DNA from: the human T2T-CHM13v2.0 reference genome, Homo sapiens
Assembly (NCBI RefSeq): GCF_009914755.1
Contig: NC_060930.1
Reading direction: 5' to 3' (one strand)
Length of the DNA stretch: 64,000 bases
Both the position numbers and the translations under genes were made by a program. Below the pieces are notes generated by a model that worked only from the letters and a program-made list of their open reading frames with translations, was not told the origin of the DNA and made no database searches. Shown in pieces: positions 1 through 15,957 of the stretch. How positions within the stretch are numbered: position 1 is the first letter of the stretch; the number at the start of each line of letters is the position of its first letter.

Positions 1-319
1 CCCACCTCAGCCTGCCTAGTAGCTGGGACTACAGGTGTGTGCCACTATGCCTAGCTAGTTTTGTTTGTTTGTTTGTTTGTTTTGTAGAGACAGAGTCTTG
101 CTTTGTTGCCCAGGCTGATCTCTAACTCCTGGGCTCAAGTGATCCTCCCGCCTCAGCCTCTCAAGTAGCAGGGACACCCACTTAGTTTTATTTTAATTTT
201 TGTAGAGATGAAGTCTCACTATACTGTCCTGGCTGGTCCTGAACTCCTGGACTCAAGTGATCCTCCCACCTCGGCCTTCCAAAGAGCTGAGATTACAGGC
301 ATGAGCCACCACATCCAAC
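1..319 (-). mobile_element. AluJ-like with an extra left-arm monomer
   Basis: Alu consensus. Confidence 0.85.
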
Positions 320-1264
320 CTGATTCTTACTCCATGCCATTCAGGAAAATTTGTTGTTTCCTGAGCATAGCTTGGCTTTGTGCTCTTTTTGGTATCTTTT
401 TCTGCTGTTCTCTCAGCCTTCCCCTTCAGATTTCTTCTCATCCATAAGTAATAAGCAAACACCTCCCTTCTGGATTGTCCTACCTGGTGCAACCCACAGT
501 CAGACCAGCAGCCTCACAAGCCCTCGATGGCTTGGTCCCACAGCCCCACTGTAACCATTTGTTCCTGTGACCATCTCATTCATCTTTGAATAGCTCAGGG
601 CCAGGAAAATGGTAATTGTGATAAATTAGTCATTTATTGTAATTCTTCAGTGAATTTCACATCTTGGTTTTAAAAAAAAACACACTCATATCACAAGCCC
701 ACATTCAGCTCAGAGACAAATGTTAAATCGGCCTCAACCTCAGTTTCCTCTGCTGAAAAATGAGGATAATAATACTGAATTACAAAGTCACTAAGAGAAT
801 TAGCATCTATCTTTGTGGAAGCCATAGTTTCAATCACATCAGAGCATCTCCTTATAGAGCTGCAGTTTGTGTTAGTTCTGTTGTCATCAAAGTTTGCACG
901 CGAAGTTAGCACACTTGGTCTTGAATTATACCCTCTGGACATCTAAGGGATTCATGAACATGAACATGGTGCACCTGCTGCTTCATATCTGTTCCACGAG
1001 GTGGATATTCTCTCAGTTAATAAGGGGCAGAGTCAAGACTAAAATCCAAGACTGACTCTGATGCCCATGCTGTGTGGAAACTCCACTGTGCTGAGGGGTC
1101 TGTGCTGGCAGGACGTCCTACCATTACCCGTTTTGCCTTTGGCCCACTCCGGCAAACACAGGAAAATACCTCCACCAGAAAGTCTACAAACTAACTTTCC
1201 TTCCAAAATTAATAAAATTGATGGCCACCATGAGCCACAGAGAAACTACCTTTAAAGAAAATCA

Positions 1265-1630
<366 letters not shown>

Positions 1631-3574
1631 TTAAGTCCTCAGAGTCCCACATGGTGCCCCAAAGGGTGTTGAATGACCAAATGTCCCACAGTTGGCATTA
1701 CCCAGTGTCAGCTACCATCACAGGGAGAGTTAAGTTGCTACTACACTCTTCCATGCACCTCTCTGCTTGCCTGTTTGGATTAGCTTCTTGAAATGTGTTG
1801 CCTTGCCCCTTACTACCTAGGGTTTTGCATCCATTCTCTCATTTAACAAACACTAGCTGAGATTCTATTTGCCAGATCCCAGTCTGGAGCTGGGAAAACT
1901 GTAGTGAGCAAAACAGATCTGCCCTCCTGGAGTTTGTAATCTAGTAGGTCCATCATGATAGTTGTGCCATTTAGCCAGATCTTGAGTTCTCCACTGGGGT
2001 GCTAACGTCCTCCAAAAGGGCATTTTGGAAATGCTTGAGGTTGTCAAATACAGGAGGTTTCTTTTGGCATTTGGTGGGCAGATGCCACAAGCTCAGCAAC
2101 ACACAACACAATGCATTATCCCTCCTCTTACTTGACTGTCACCCACTGTGTATGCATGTAAGTGAAAAACATTTTTAATCATCTGAGCTTAGAACCTAAT
2201 TTCATTCCATAGTCTATATTAATATGCATAGTAATTTTAATATATATCCTAAATTACCCTGGAATGCAGCTGCAGTGCAAATTGAGGGAAGATGACACTT
2301 TATTTTGTTCTGAACTTTTACCATATGTTATTTTCCATGTCAGAAAATGGCATCTCCAGATATCTCCAAAAGACTTCTTGTATTTGATTTGCTAAAACAC
2401 TCATCTGTATGAGTCCACATCTGTGGCTATCTCTTTCTGCAGGATTCTATGTGCAGTTGCAACTTTGAGACTACATCATATCTTCCTGGTGTTGTTGTGG
2501 CCAAGCATTTATGTCTTGAAATTACTTTCCTTTTATTTCCCCTTTATTTTACAATTAGACACCATATGGATTTCTTAAAGTGATGTGTACATGTAGTTTA
2601 TATTATCTGTGAATTTCTTTCAGGCTAGAAAAGAGGATTATAAAACACTTGCAATTTTAAAATGGAGTATTGGGTTGGGTGGGGTGTAAGTCACAAAGCT
2701 AGATGTTCCTGCCATGGCAACAGCACACCTTTGCGGGCAGAGGTCCTGCCCATGAGTTTTCGGTTGTAGTCCTAAGATTCTGCATGGGTCCAATCAGAAC
2801 AAACAGAATGAGAGCCTTGGAGAAGGATCCTGGAGGCCTCCTATTAGGCCAGGATTGCTGGAGTTTGGGGACTTTGAGAAGTCCTGGAAGAGAGACTGGG
2901 GCAGCCAGGGCAGCAGGGGGTACCCAAAGGGCTTGGAAAGTGGCTGTTTGCCAACCACTATAAAGGATCATGGCGCCTTAACAGCTGGTGAAGCTGCCCT
3001 TGTGCCCTTTGGCTGAATGTCAGCTATAAGCTCAGCCCTCCTGCTGACATGTCTGTTTCCCGTGCAAGTAAACTCTTCAGGCTGTGCCCATAGCTCCACT
3101 GGGTAAACCACAGGACGTGTGCTACTAAAAGAAATCTGTTTCTCTTTCATTCTTCTTCTGCCTTGAGCCGGTAGAAACTCAGTGTCATTAACATCATGTC
3201 CCAGAAATGTGAGTTTCTGATCCTGGGGTTCTTCTAGCACCCTTGCATTGAACTTGAACAGCTTTTCCCAAGGACTGTCCCCCAACGCCCCCGAGATTGT
3301 CAGGGTGCCCCATCTGTTCTCCACCTTTTCCAGTATGTCCCAGAGTCATGTAAGTAAATTGCCTGAGATTCTCAAAAAGAGATGACCTAAGTTTCCACCC
3401 CATTCTAAAGGGCCTGCATTGTAAGCATGTCCTTCTTACCGCATATCGTGGGCACCATGTTCTCAGTTCTTTCATCAGCTACAGTGTTTAACTCAGCAAT
3501 AATTATTCCATTTCGTCCAGCTATCCATGATATGCTTTTTCTTCAGTATTTGAGGTCAGTAAAATTGCTTGAAT

Positions 3575-3990
3575 AATTACAATAATAGCAGCTGTCACTT
3601 TTAGTCCTCTATTGTGTGTCAGACATGATGCACATATTGTCTTATGTAATCGTCATCAGAACCTTACAGATGACATAGGAAGAATACTGGGGCTCAGACT
3701 AGTGTGAACGATACGGTTTAAACCCAGATGTTTCCTGTTCCGAAGCCAATGCTTTTTTTGTTTTGCCTAAGAGTATTAGCTGTGGGAGCGAGACATATCT
3801 GGGTCCAAATCTCAGTTCTAGCCAGATGATCTTGGGCAAGTTACTAAGTATTTCTTGATCTTGTTCCCTCACTCATAAAACAGGGATAATAATGCTAATG
3901 TTTCCACCAAAGTTTTATGATGTTTACATAATATATAGAATACAAAGTACAGTGCGTGATTTATAGTAAGCAATCAGTAAATTTTCATTT
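3575..3990. mobile_element. Two adjacent MIR fragments in opposite orientation
   Basis: MIR core motifs (tttaaacccag; gatcttgggcaagttact...ctcataaaacagggataataat). Confidence 0.6.
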
Positions 3991-5949
3991 CTTCCCTCCC
4001 CGCAAACTGATCTTAAGATGATAGTCATCCCACAGGACTCTCAGATTTCTGCGGGCTTCCTCGCATGACCTGCTGATGAGGACCAAATAAATCCCATTGT
4101 CTATCCAGTTCAGCTGCTCTTGGCCCCAGCCTTGTCCCTGTGTTTATTCTGGAAGGAGTACTTAATGTGCCAGGAGGAAGGAAAGGGTTTGACCTTACTG
4201 GTCTTTGCAGGAACTGTGTTCTGTACTTTGCAGTACCCATGTGCGATGCTGGAAAGGTACATCTTAGAAACGCAGAGAAATCTTCTATAATCAACCATGG
4301 GAAATGGTTGTCTATTTTTTCTCTCTATAAATTTCCCAACTTCTTGTGATGTTTGCCAGTGGTGGGGTGCATGTATTTTGATTTTAACTTTGTATTTTGG
4401 GGTCACCAAAAAAAATCAAAACACAAATAAGTCTATGGGCTGGAAGTCAGAAGGAGCAGAACTGAGGGAAGGTAACTGAAAGAGAAAAACAAGATTGGTG
4501 AGGCACCAGAGGGTCTAGCAGGAACATGGAACTGCAGCTGGCAGGCTTTATTCTGTGCTGCCGATCAGCAGCAGGCATATTATATCCTGGACTATGTGCC
4601 GGCGTCCAAAGTGGCTGGAATTGAAAGTGAACTTTAGCCTATGCGTGGCTGAATTCAGGTCAGCCAGTTGGGGGGAAAAGCAGCTTTTATCCCTGTCCAC
4701 TTCCTGATTTCTCCTCATTGATGTTCCATACTCCGTTCTGATCAGCTGCTAGCATGTGACAGGCTGGCTGGATCAAACAGCATCAACCAAATGTTCAGTC
4801 AAACGTTGTAGTCAGCTAAATATTTTCACATAAGCCTTTTTTACATTAATAAAATCTCCCCTCCTCCTCTGACCCCTTTGTACTGCTTCACTCCTTTTTT
4901 TCATAGTACGATATCCCTAATATGTCTGTTGTTTACTGTCTGTTTACTGCTTGTAAACCCCAAAGGAAAGACCCATTTTCCCCACTTATGTATCGCAAGT
5001 CCCTAGGACTATGCCTGGCACCTAGTAGGTGCTCAATAAATATTGTAACAGATAAAAAGAACAAGAAAACATGAGGTCAGAGTTAGTGGATATCAGGCAG
5101 AAAAAAATGTTTATGAAGGAAAACAGAGGAGGACATAAAAGACAATATCTGATCATTTTCTTCACGTGTGAATAAAAAATCTGTATCAAAACAAGATAAA
5201 CTATTACCTTCTTTAGAGAGGTACATTTTATTTCCGATTTACCCAGATCACATTGGACTTTTCAGAAGCTTAATTTTTATTTGTCACTTCAGTGTTAGTT
5301 TGTGTATTCATTCACTTGTTCATTCATGCCTGTTACATGACACTATGTTTAGTATAAAAATGCAAGCTAGACCACCAGCATCCACTCATATAACCCAAAT
5401 AAGCCACTTAAATAGTGCACCTCTCTCTCACCTCAATTTGTTAAGATATGATAGAGATGAAACCAAGGCTAAAGGTTGTTTCTCTCTACAGGCCAACAAG
5501 TTTTAGGATATAATGAGTAATTGACCTGGGAAATTAAACAAAAATAATTTCACCGCCAACCACAGACTGTACCCATAATGGAGGCTGGCTGTCTCACAGA
5601 CTTTTGCTGCTGGCCAGAGTGAATGACTCAGCACAAGTCAACCCCAGGAGAGAAACAATACAGAGCTCACCCCTGGCTGATTGAGGGCCAGAAGCGCCAT
5701 TCTTGTAGGTGAGGAACAGAGCATGTATACACTGTGTTGTTCTGAATTGGAACTGAATTGTACTGAATACAGGAACATATAGCACATTTATGAATCATGT
5801 GTACTGGATTGAAAATGTGAGAAGATGCTCCCAAGCAAAGACACACTGAGGAGTGGAGACCAGAAAGGAACTGAGCTGAGGAGGGGGCAAAAAAAAAAAA
5901 AAAGCAAGCCCATTGCAGCTGCACTGCAGATATTACTCATCAGTTGTGG

Positions 5950-6790
5950 CCCCTGGGAACACCTGGTTGAGGGCAGCCGAAACAGTACGTCTAAATCGGA
6001 ATTCCTGGTCTTTGCGCTAAAGCCTGCTCCTTCTGCCATTTCCCCCATCTCAGTTGATGGCGACTCCATCCTTCTAGTTGTTCAGGTCAGAGACCAAGGA
6101 GTCATTCCTGACTCCTCATTTGCTTTGATACCCCACATCCGGTCTAAAATCTACTTTTCACAATCTCCACTACATTCACTCTGGCCTGAGCTGCCTTCAT
6201 CTCTTGTCGGAATTATTGCAGTAGTCTCGAATACGATGTCCCTAGTTCTGCGTTTACCCTCCAATAATCTATTCTCAATACAGCAGCCAGAGCGATCCTT
6301 AGAAAAGAAAACCACATCATGTTATTCCTCTGCTCAAAACTCCATGGTGATCTCCGCTTTATTCAGGATAAAAGCCAAAATCCTTTCAGCAGCTCCCATG
6401 ATTGGTGCCCCAACACCCTGTCATTTTCTGTCTGACTTCAAACCCTGGCCCTTTCTCCCTCAGTCGCTCCATTCCAGCTACATGGTTCTGCTTGCTCCTT
6501 AAACACTGGAGGCACATTCCTACCTCATGATCTTTGTAGTGGCCGTTTCCTCTCTCTGGGGAGCCCTTCCTCCAGATGTCTACATGGCTAATGCCACTTC
6601 CAGATATTTATTCAAATGTCACCTTCTCAATGAGACCTGTGCTGGCCATCCTATTTTAAGTGGGAACCCACCCCCCATATATATTTCTGATCCTCCTCAC
6701 TAGGTTCTACCTTTTTCCCTCTATGGTTTTTAACAGTTAACATGCTATATAATTTAGTTATTTATATAATTATTTATCTGCGTCTCTCTC
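5950..6790 (+). mobile_element. L2 element 3' portion (continues at about 7300-7440 after the MLT2 insertion)
   Basis: L2 ORF2-like peptide SKSEFLVF..PISVDG..QVRDQGVIPDSSF..PHI; tail tttattgaataaatgaa. Confidence 0.8.
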
Positions 6791-6794
6791 CCCC

Positions 6795-7295
6795 TGTGAT
6801 GGTTAATTTTATGTGTCGACTTGGCTGGGCCCTGGGGTGTCCAGATATTTGGTGGAGTATTATTCTGGGTGTTTTTGGATGAGATTAACATTTAAATTGG
6901 TAGACTGAGTAAAGTAGATTGCGCTTCCAAATCAGTTGGAGTGCCTCATCCAATCAGTTGAAGGCCTGAATAGAACAAAAGTCTGACCCTCCCTTAAGTA
7001 AGAGAGAATTCTTACCGACAGCCTTTGAGCTGGGAAATTGGGTTTTTTGTTTTGTTTTGTCCCCTGCCTTTGGACTCGAATTGAAAGATCGTTGGCTCTT
7101 CCTGGATCTCCAGCCTGCCAGCCTTCAGACTTGGACTGGAACTTACACCATTGGCTCTCCTGGGTCTCCAGCCAGCTGACTGCAGATCTTGGGACTTGTC
7201 AGCCTCCATAATCACATGGGCCAGATCCTTGTCATAAATAAATAAATAAACATATCCTATTCATTGTGTTTCCCTGGAGAACCCTGACTAATACA
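6795..7295 (+). mobile_element. MLT2 (ERVL) solo LTR
   Basis: TGTGATGGTTAATTTTATGTGTC...GGAGAACCCTGACTAATACA termini. Confidence 0.9.
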
Positions 7296-8607
7296 TGCCC
7301 CTTGCCACTTAAACAAAAGAGGGCAGGGACATCAGAGTGCTGTCTGTATTGTTTACTGCTGTACCCCAGCACCTGGACCAGCTCTGGCACATAAAAGTCA
7401 CCAGTATATATTTATTGAATAAATGAAGAAACAAATGAACCAGCAGGTAACAAAATAACTCTCTTTACCGATAATAGTGAGCACAATTATCTCATTTTAT
7501 TACACAGTCATGATTTATAAGCTTTACATCTAAGAACTGAGTCAAAAATCAAAGAATGGTCCTTCCAGCACATGCCTCATAGAAAGTAGTTCTGGTTGTA
7601 CATCACGTTTCATGCTGGATTTATACACACCGTTAGCCACACTTTCCCTTTGGGGTCAATGTCAAAATCCAGGCTCAGCAGTCTACAAGCACTGATAAGG
7701 CTTGGAGTCCATGGGATTTATGGCATATGGAGCTATGGGACTCCTCTGGACTTGGAAGTGACCAAAAATCCCCCTTGGACGACAAAGAAGCATCTCAGCT
7801 CAAGACTCGAAGATGAAAGTTCATTGGCCGTGAGTGTGTGCTGCAAAAGAAAAAGACTGCAATTTAGTGGCTTTTTTCCTTAAAAAGCCTGCTTTTTCAC
7901 ACAAGTTTAGGTGTGTGAAAGAGAAAGCAAGAAAATACAGAGAAAGAGACAGGAAAGAGACTGTAACTGTCAATGGTGGGAGTTGTTAGAAGTGGGGACA
8001 GGGCTGGCCAACAAATGACCTGCAGAAAAGACAGCAACAGAGGACAGAATCCCAGTGCAGTGGGGGGATAGCTATGCCAGCAGCCCATCCAGAGATGTTT
8101 ATAGCTCCTGAAAGCAACTGCTGTGCATGCGTGTGTGGGTGGGGGGGGGGGGTAAGTCAGGGAAAACAGGCTGCTTTACCTCTGTTAAATGCCCTTGAAA
8201 GCATCTCCATGGTTATAAGTGAGACAACCAGAGAGGAAGGGGCAAATGAATACACAGTGAGCAGCCCAGCAGGCCTCCATGAAACCCTGAAGCTACCCCA
8301 CAGGCCTCTTATAGCAGCATCTCCCTGGGTCTATTCACAGAATACCAGTTCCTTAGAAAACTGTGGGTGAAATTAAAAGCTCCGTGGATCAAAAAGCTTG
8401 AAAAACATCAGGTTACGCAAAGTTAAACAGGTTTCTTTAGTATCTTGTTCAGTATTCTGAAGTGAATTGTGGGCCACCAAAAGAGGGGGCGCCATATGCA
8501 GAAGCCTCCCAACCCTGTTGACCAGGAAGCACGGCTCATGTTGAGCTACTCACCAAATGAGCTAGTGCTCTATGGGATGCATTGCTCTGTTTTGTTTTTT
8601 TTTCTTT

Positions 8608-8737
8608 CTTTCTTTTTTTGTAAAGATGCAGTCTCACTCTATTGCCCAGGCTGGTCTCAAACTCCTGGGTTCAAGCCATCTGCCCACCTCAGCCTCCCAA
8701 AGTGCTGAGAATACAGGTGTGAGCCGCCACTCCCAGC
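8608..8737 (-). mobile_element. FLAM/Alu left arm
   Basis: Alu monomer. Confidence 0.85.
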
Positions 8738-10814
8738 TGTTTGCTCCTGAGAATAACAAACAATGGAATCTTAGGAAGATGATGTTACCCTTAAAAGAGA
8801 AAGCAGTTTCCGATTAAGGATCACTGGAGCTAAGTATCAGTGGCTCGGTACAATAATGGCTCATCTACCCTGTGGGATATCTTAACACTCACAGGGGAGT
8901 TGTTGAAATTCTTTGCATCTGCTGAGTTTGAGGTGGAAACTGTAGATTTACATCATTTCAGCCACGTTCTACATAAATGAATCTCAGAGAAAAGATCTGG
9001 CCATCCCTCTACCATGGGCCACTTAAGAGGAGAGAGACAGTGACCCAGCAAATTCAGTTGACTGGGCTGGGAACTTCAAATGGTGGATTTGGTAGTTTAA
9101 ACTGAGATTTATCATTTGAAAGTAGAGACAACAGATGAAAACCTATCAGCGTGGTATTTGGCATATAGTCAATGCACATCAAATGTTGACAGAATGAAAA
9201 ATGAATTGCAGTTCAGAAGAATTTTTTTCTTGCTATTTCAAAGAACTAATTTCTGATCACTATACATTGTCATAGATTTTATAAAGCTGATGAATTCGAT
9301 TGGTTTCAGCAGTTTTCTCCAATTTTTGTCCCTAGGGATTACTAGTGAAGTCCCTCTGGGTTTAAGTAAAGCTCAAGTGAGACCCTCTGCTCCTCAGCTT
9401 TTATGTGCAGAATCTCACAAAGTGAAATTATAGGTGATTATAAAATTCATCGCTGTCAGAAGCCAGATGATACCTCCCTGATAGGGTAAGAGTTGGTATC
9501 TTCTCAGCTGAACCAGTAAGCTGAAATAAGAACAAAATACAAAATGAGATTCTTCTTAGCCACCTGATCTGTTCTGTTATACTTACTGTAGACAACTAGG
9601 TTAAGCTTTGGTTTTCAACTTAATTTTCTCTCCAAAACGTCTGGTTTCTCTCTGCAGCAATTTTGTATGTCGTTATTTGTCATTGCCTAGTATTGATCCA
9701 CTACTTCCTTCCTGGATCTCAAATAATTCAGCTAATCCCATGCCCCTGCCATGAATCCAGCATTTTCTGGAACTCATGTTGTCAAGTTCCCTTATACAAG
9801 GGAAATACACTAGAGCTTCCTCTGTCTCCCATATTCATTAGTTGGCTGCACACTGATGCATGAATGGAAAAGATATGTTTTCTCTGACTGGACTGTTAGC
9901 TTTTTGCACTACCAGTCAAGTATCTATCAGAACAACTGTAATGAAAACTATAAATCTCAACCTGAGGGAACAGTTAATGTGAAGGGTTTTCTTGTTTGTT
10001 TATTTTGTTCTGTTTTTATGGTCTCCCAAGCCCTGGTGTGGCATTAAGATTCAGGATATGAGCTATTGTGAGGCTATTGTAACATCGTGGGTCATTGTGT
10101 TAAACGTTTACATTTCCATTCAACTTGACTTTTCCTCTCACATAACCTATCCTTCGGAAAAGTGTCAGACATTGACAGCATAGAGAAAATTGTGGCCCAC
10201 ACATCATGTCAACAGAACTGTGTTCTTGTTCTGATGTATAACTTGTAGGTTTTAGAGTGAGCACTCTCTCAAATTCTGCAGCACAAAATCTAGAAATGAT
10301 GAGATGGGAATCACATCTGTGAACAATGGCAAAGACAAAGAATAGTAAGTGGGAAGTGACAAAAAAACGTGTCTACTGTTCATTGTGTCAGTGGCCCCAA
10401 AATCCTAGAGAAGACTTTGAATGATTCTGACAAGTTAAAATATGTTGGTAATGACAACGTAGATTATTATCTATCTGAAGGATACAAAAATGACTTCAGA
10501 GAAGGCATTTTACCCTATGATTTGCTGAACACTTTTGCAGAAAAGACATTGTATTAAAAATGCCCAATTTGCAACTGCAAGTGTATTGTTCTACCTTTAT
10601 AGAGCAGTAGAACAATCTCATGTCAAACTTCAGGGCTGCCCCGGAGGTCTTATTTAAATAGTTCTATGTCCCAGGCTCCAGATCTCTTCCTTTCTCCTGA
10701 AGATGTCAGTAAAGGGGCATCGTAATGATGATCCTGGGCCCCCATTAAACATTAAATTAAATTATAAATGGGAGCCTGTCATCATTATTATGTTTTTCTG
10801 TATGTCTAAAATAG

Positions 10815-11141
<327 letters not shown>

Positions 11142-11237
11142 AGCTTGCTTTAAAAACAAAAACTATTACTGAAAAAAAAAATGTGCCAATGAGATTGTTG
11201 AAAGATTAGCATTAAAAATTAAAATAAGGGCTTTAAA

Positions 11238-11592
<355 letters not shown>

Positions 11593-11680
11593 CTATCCAA
11601 AGCAATGCATCCTCTGAAAGACCAAGTCACCAGGTTTTATATTCTTGAAGAATGATTTTTAGATAATATAAGCAAATATA

Positions 11681-11994
<314 letters not shown>

Positions 11995-12393
11995 AGCAAA
12001 TATAGTATATAAGGAATATAAGGAACATAAAGTTTAGCAACCCTAAAATAAGGAATATATATGAACCATCAAGTCTTATAAAGATGTAAAAATATTTCCC
12101 AAGGAATCTGTTATTATTCAATATAATGGCAACTGTTGTAAAATCATGTACATGAGTGGTGCTCACTAGGTTTTGCAAACATTTTAAATTGTTTAAATTG
12201 TACAAGTGTTTTTGAAAATATCTCCATGGACGTATTCTGAAATCTCCAAAATGTTCCTGGACAGTAAAAAATTTTTATTTAATGGGACTCAACAAGAAGG
12301 GAGCTAGCCTAGGGAAATACCTACAATTGCACCAAAGCAAAAGTTAACTCAGTTGAACATTTCTGATTTGTAAAAAATTGCTGCTGACTTTAA

Positions 12394-12690
<297 letters not shown>

Positions 12691-13408
12691 TAATTTATTC
12701 TGGCAACTTCCGAATGTGTTTTCCTAAAGCTTCTTCCCTGATTGGAAGGAGGTTTAATATTTTGTGACACATGCAAACTTAACAGCCCCTATGTGAAATA
12801 TTTTCTACTTTTGAAGGTGTGAAACTGGTTAAAATGTTTTAAAACTTTTCCCTTAATTGCAAAGGAAATGTATGTACATGTTAGAAGATTTAGAATATAT
12901 AGATAAGCCAATAAAATTAAATAACAGTTCTATGTTGACACTTTTTGATGTATATCTTTCCATACATTTTCTGTGCTGTGCACTCACACACATACACACA
13001 TGCATCCAAATGGAATAAACTAGTGAAACTTTACACAAAAACACATAAGCCAAAGTAATAATGATTAATATTTGGTAGTGTGGTTTACTAATACATACTG
13101 CTTGATATGAGCTTTCTTGGAATTTTAAATGTAGGTGGAACCCAAACCTTTTTCAAAATTTTACTTTAATGCTTTTAAGTTTGAGTTGTAGTGGTAATGC
13201 AAATGTCATTACCTTGAAATCATTCTTTCTCAAATGATAGAGTTCTCACAATACACGCCAGGAACGTACTGATGGGATTTTATTTGTGTGCTTGTTTGTT
13301 TTCATTGAACTGTTTGAATTAAACTCTTAGAATCATTCTTATGGTTTGAATCGCCATTACTTAAAAAGTAATTATTATTATTTCTGAAAATATCTCCAGT
13401 AATTACAT

Positions 13409-13444
13409 CTACACTTGATCTTAGCCAAAAGGCCGAGAAGCAAT
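13409..13444 (-). pseudogene. U2 snRNA 5' fragment (about nt 1-36), tailless retropseudogene
   Basis: Reverse complement ATTGCTTCTCGGCCTTTTGGCTAAGATCAAGTGTAG matches the U2 5' end with 1 mismatch; 13-bp direct repeat taattacatctac at 13400 and 13448. Confidence 0.92.
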
Positions 13445-15275
13445 GAATAATTACATCTACGGGAAAAAAAATGAACACCAACTTTTAGCACTACTTTTTT
13501 TCCATGTGGTGGAATGCAGAATGTTTATTGTTTACTTATGTTTTACGTCTGTATTTTTCAGTGTTTCACGAAGAGCATATATTGATTTTTATAATCAGAA
13601 AAAGAAATTCGTTAAAAAGAAGTAACAATGACTGAACCATTTTCCACCTGATACAGAACTACATGAGAACCATGGGTTCCAGAAATAACAGGCCTATTTT
13701 GTTTTGCTCAGTGATACATCTTTGAGGTCAAACTCCCAGAGTTTGTGCCGTCTCTTACAAAACAGCCTGAGTGGGAATCTGGTTTTCCTTTTTGGGTAAA
13801 GTTTCTACAAAGCTTGCTGATAAAACTCATCTTACTTTTGCAAAACAATTCCCTTACTTTGGGAGCCAAACAGAGATGAAGCTGATAACAGGACTCAGTT
13901 CTTCAACTTTAAAGCAGAAGCTAGGGTCATAAAGACATGGAGTCCTAAAATACTCTTCCAAAGTACAGTCGCATCCAGCTAAGATAACCCTTGGAAACGT
14001 TTGCTGAAAACATGCAGTTTGTTCATGCATCTCTTCCATGTTGGTCCTTTCCACCTTCTGTCACAAGCCACAGAAACTAGGGGAAGGCCAGGGAGCAGGT
14101 TCAGCTCATCTTCACCTGAATTCTGAGAAATTATTGAGAATCAAAGAAACCTCAGTGAGACGTTAACAAAAAGTAATCTGAGTGACATCTATGTAAAAGT
14201 CATTGCAAAGCACACTAGCTGCTAGACATATCTGGGGAGCTACCACCAATGCACTCCCTTGACAGAAAACCAGGACACCTCTTAGATGAGCTCCTTCTTT
14301 AGTGGAAAACCCTTATGTAATTTTAATTGACATCAATGCAAATCAGCCTGTATTGATTGAGTGTGCCTAATATACGCTTAATACTGAAACAAGTTGAAGT
14401 ACCTCTCATAGACCCCCCATTGACTTTTCGTCTGACATCCCACACAACCAGCTCCAGCTTTGATGGAAGTCACACCATCACTCTAATGTTCTCTTCTATT
14501 TTTGATTCCTGCCTTGAAAGTCAGGATGAACTGGTGAAGATAAGACTTCTTTAAAGTACAGGAGAAATCTATTGGCACAGAATAAAAGCACTAATGTTTA
14601 TTAGAGTTGTGCAAATAGCTGTTGTACTTAGTTCTGTCAACATTGCTTTTTTTTTTAATGATGACAATTCTTCACATAATTGCCAAGCTAAAGCAAAAGA
14701 AAACTTTCTCAATCTTTATGATGCTTTCATCAGATAACCAATATAAAGTATCTTCCAGAAGACTCTGTCTCCTCAGACTTTAGAGTTTGTTCTAGGGAAG
14801 TTAGAGATAAACAAAGATGGCCTTAATAAATCTCTCTAATGTTATAAATATACAGTTTCTGGTTCTTTTTCCCCTTGGGGCAGTGGGCCAGGTATCATCA
14901 ACAATACAGATATTCTGGCCTTTCTCAAAAATGTCATTACATTAAGAACATTATGACTTAGCAAATTGTTGGAGAAAATTAGGAAGCTTTTTTTAGTAGT
15001 TCTGCCATCATTAAAAATCAGCTGCCTTCTGGGGAAACTGATGCCACACCTTTGATCAGGTGTTGTATTTGGACTGAAAACAATCCCCCAAAGAAGGAGA
15101 TGTTTGCTTTCTAAAGAATGAAGCTCCAGGGAGGGTATTTAAAACTGATTTTTGGCAGCCATTAACAAACAAGCATGACATAATTGTATTTGGGGCCAGG
15201 AGTGTTTAGAGGGGTTTTTGTTTGTTCTATTGTTGAGAATTTGGAGGTAAGGAGTCCCTGAACTGCCATTACCCC

Positions 15276-15957
<682 letters not shown>

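Noticed and set aside
10297-10735. RUGAUGA box C motifs (about 10297 and 10725) suggesting C/D snoRNAs
   Set aside because: I found no suitably placed box D with a terminal stem and no recognisable guide sequence.
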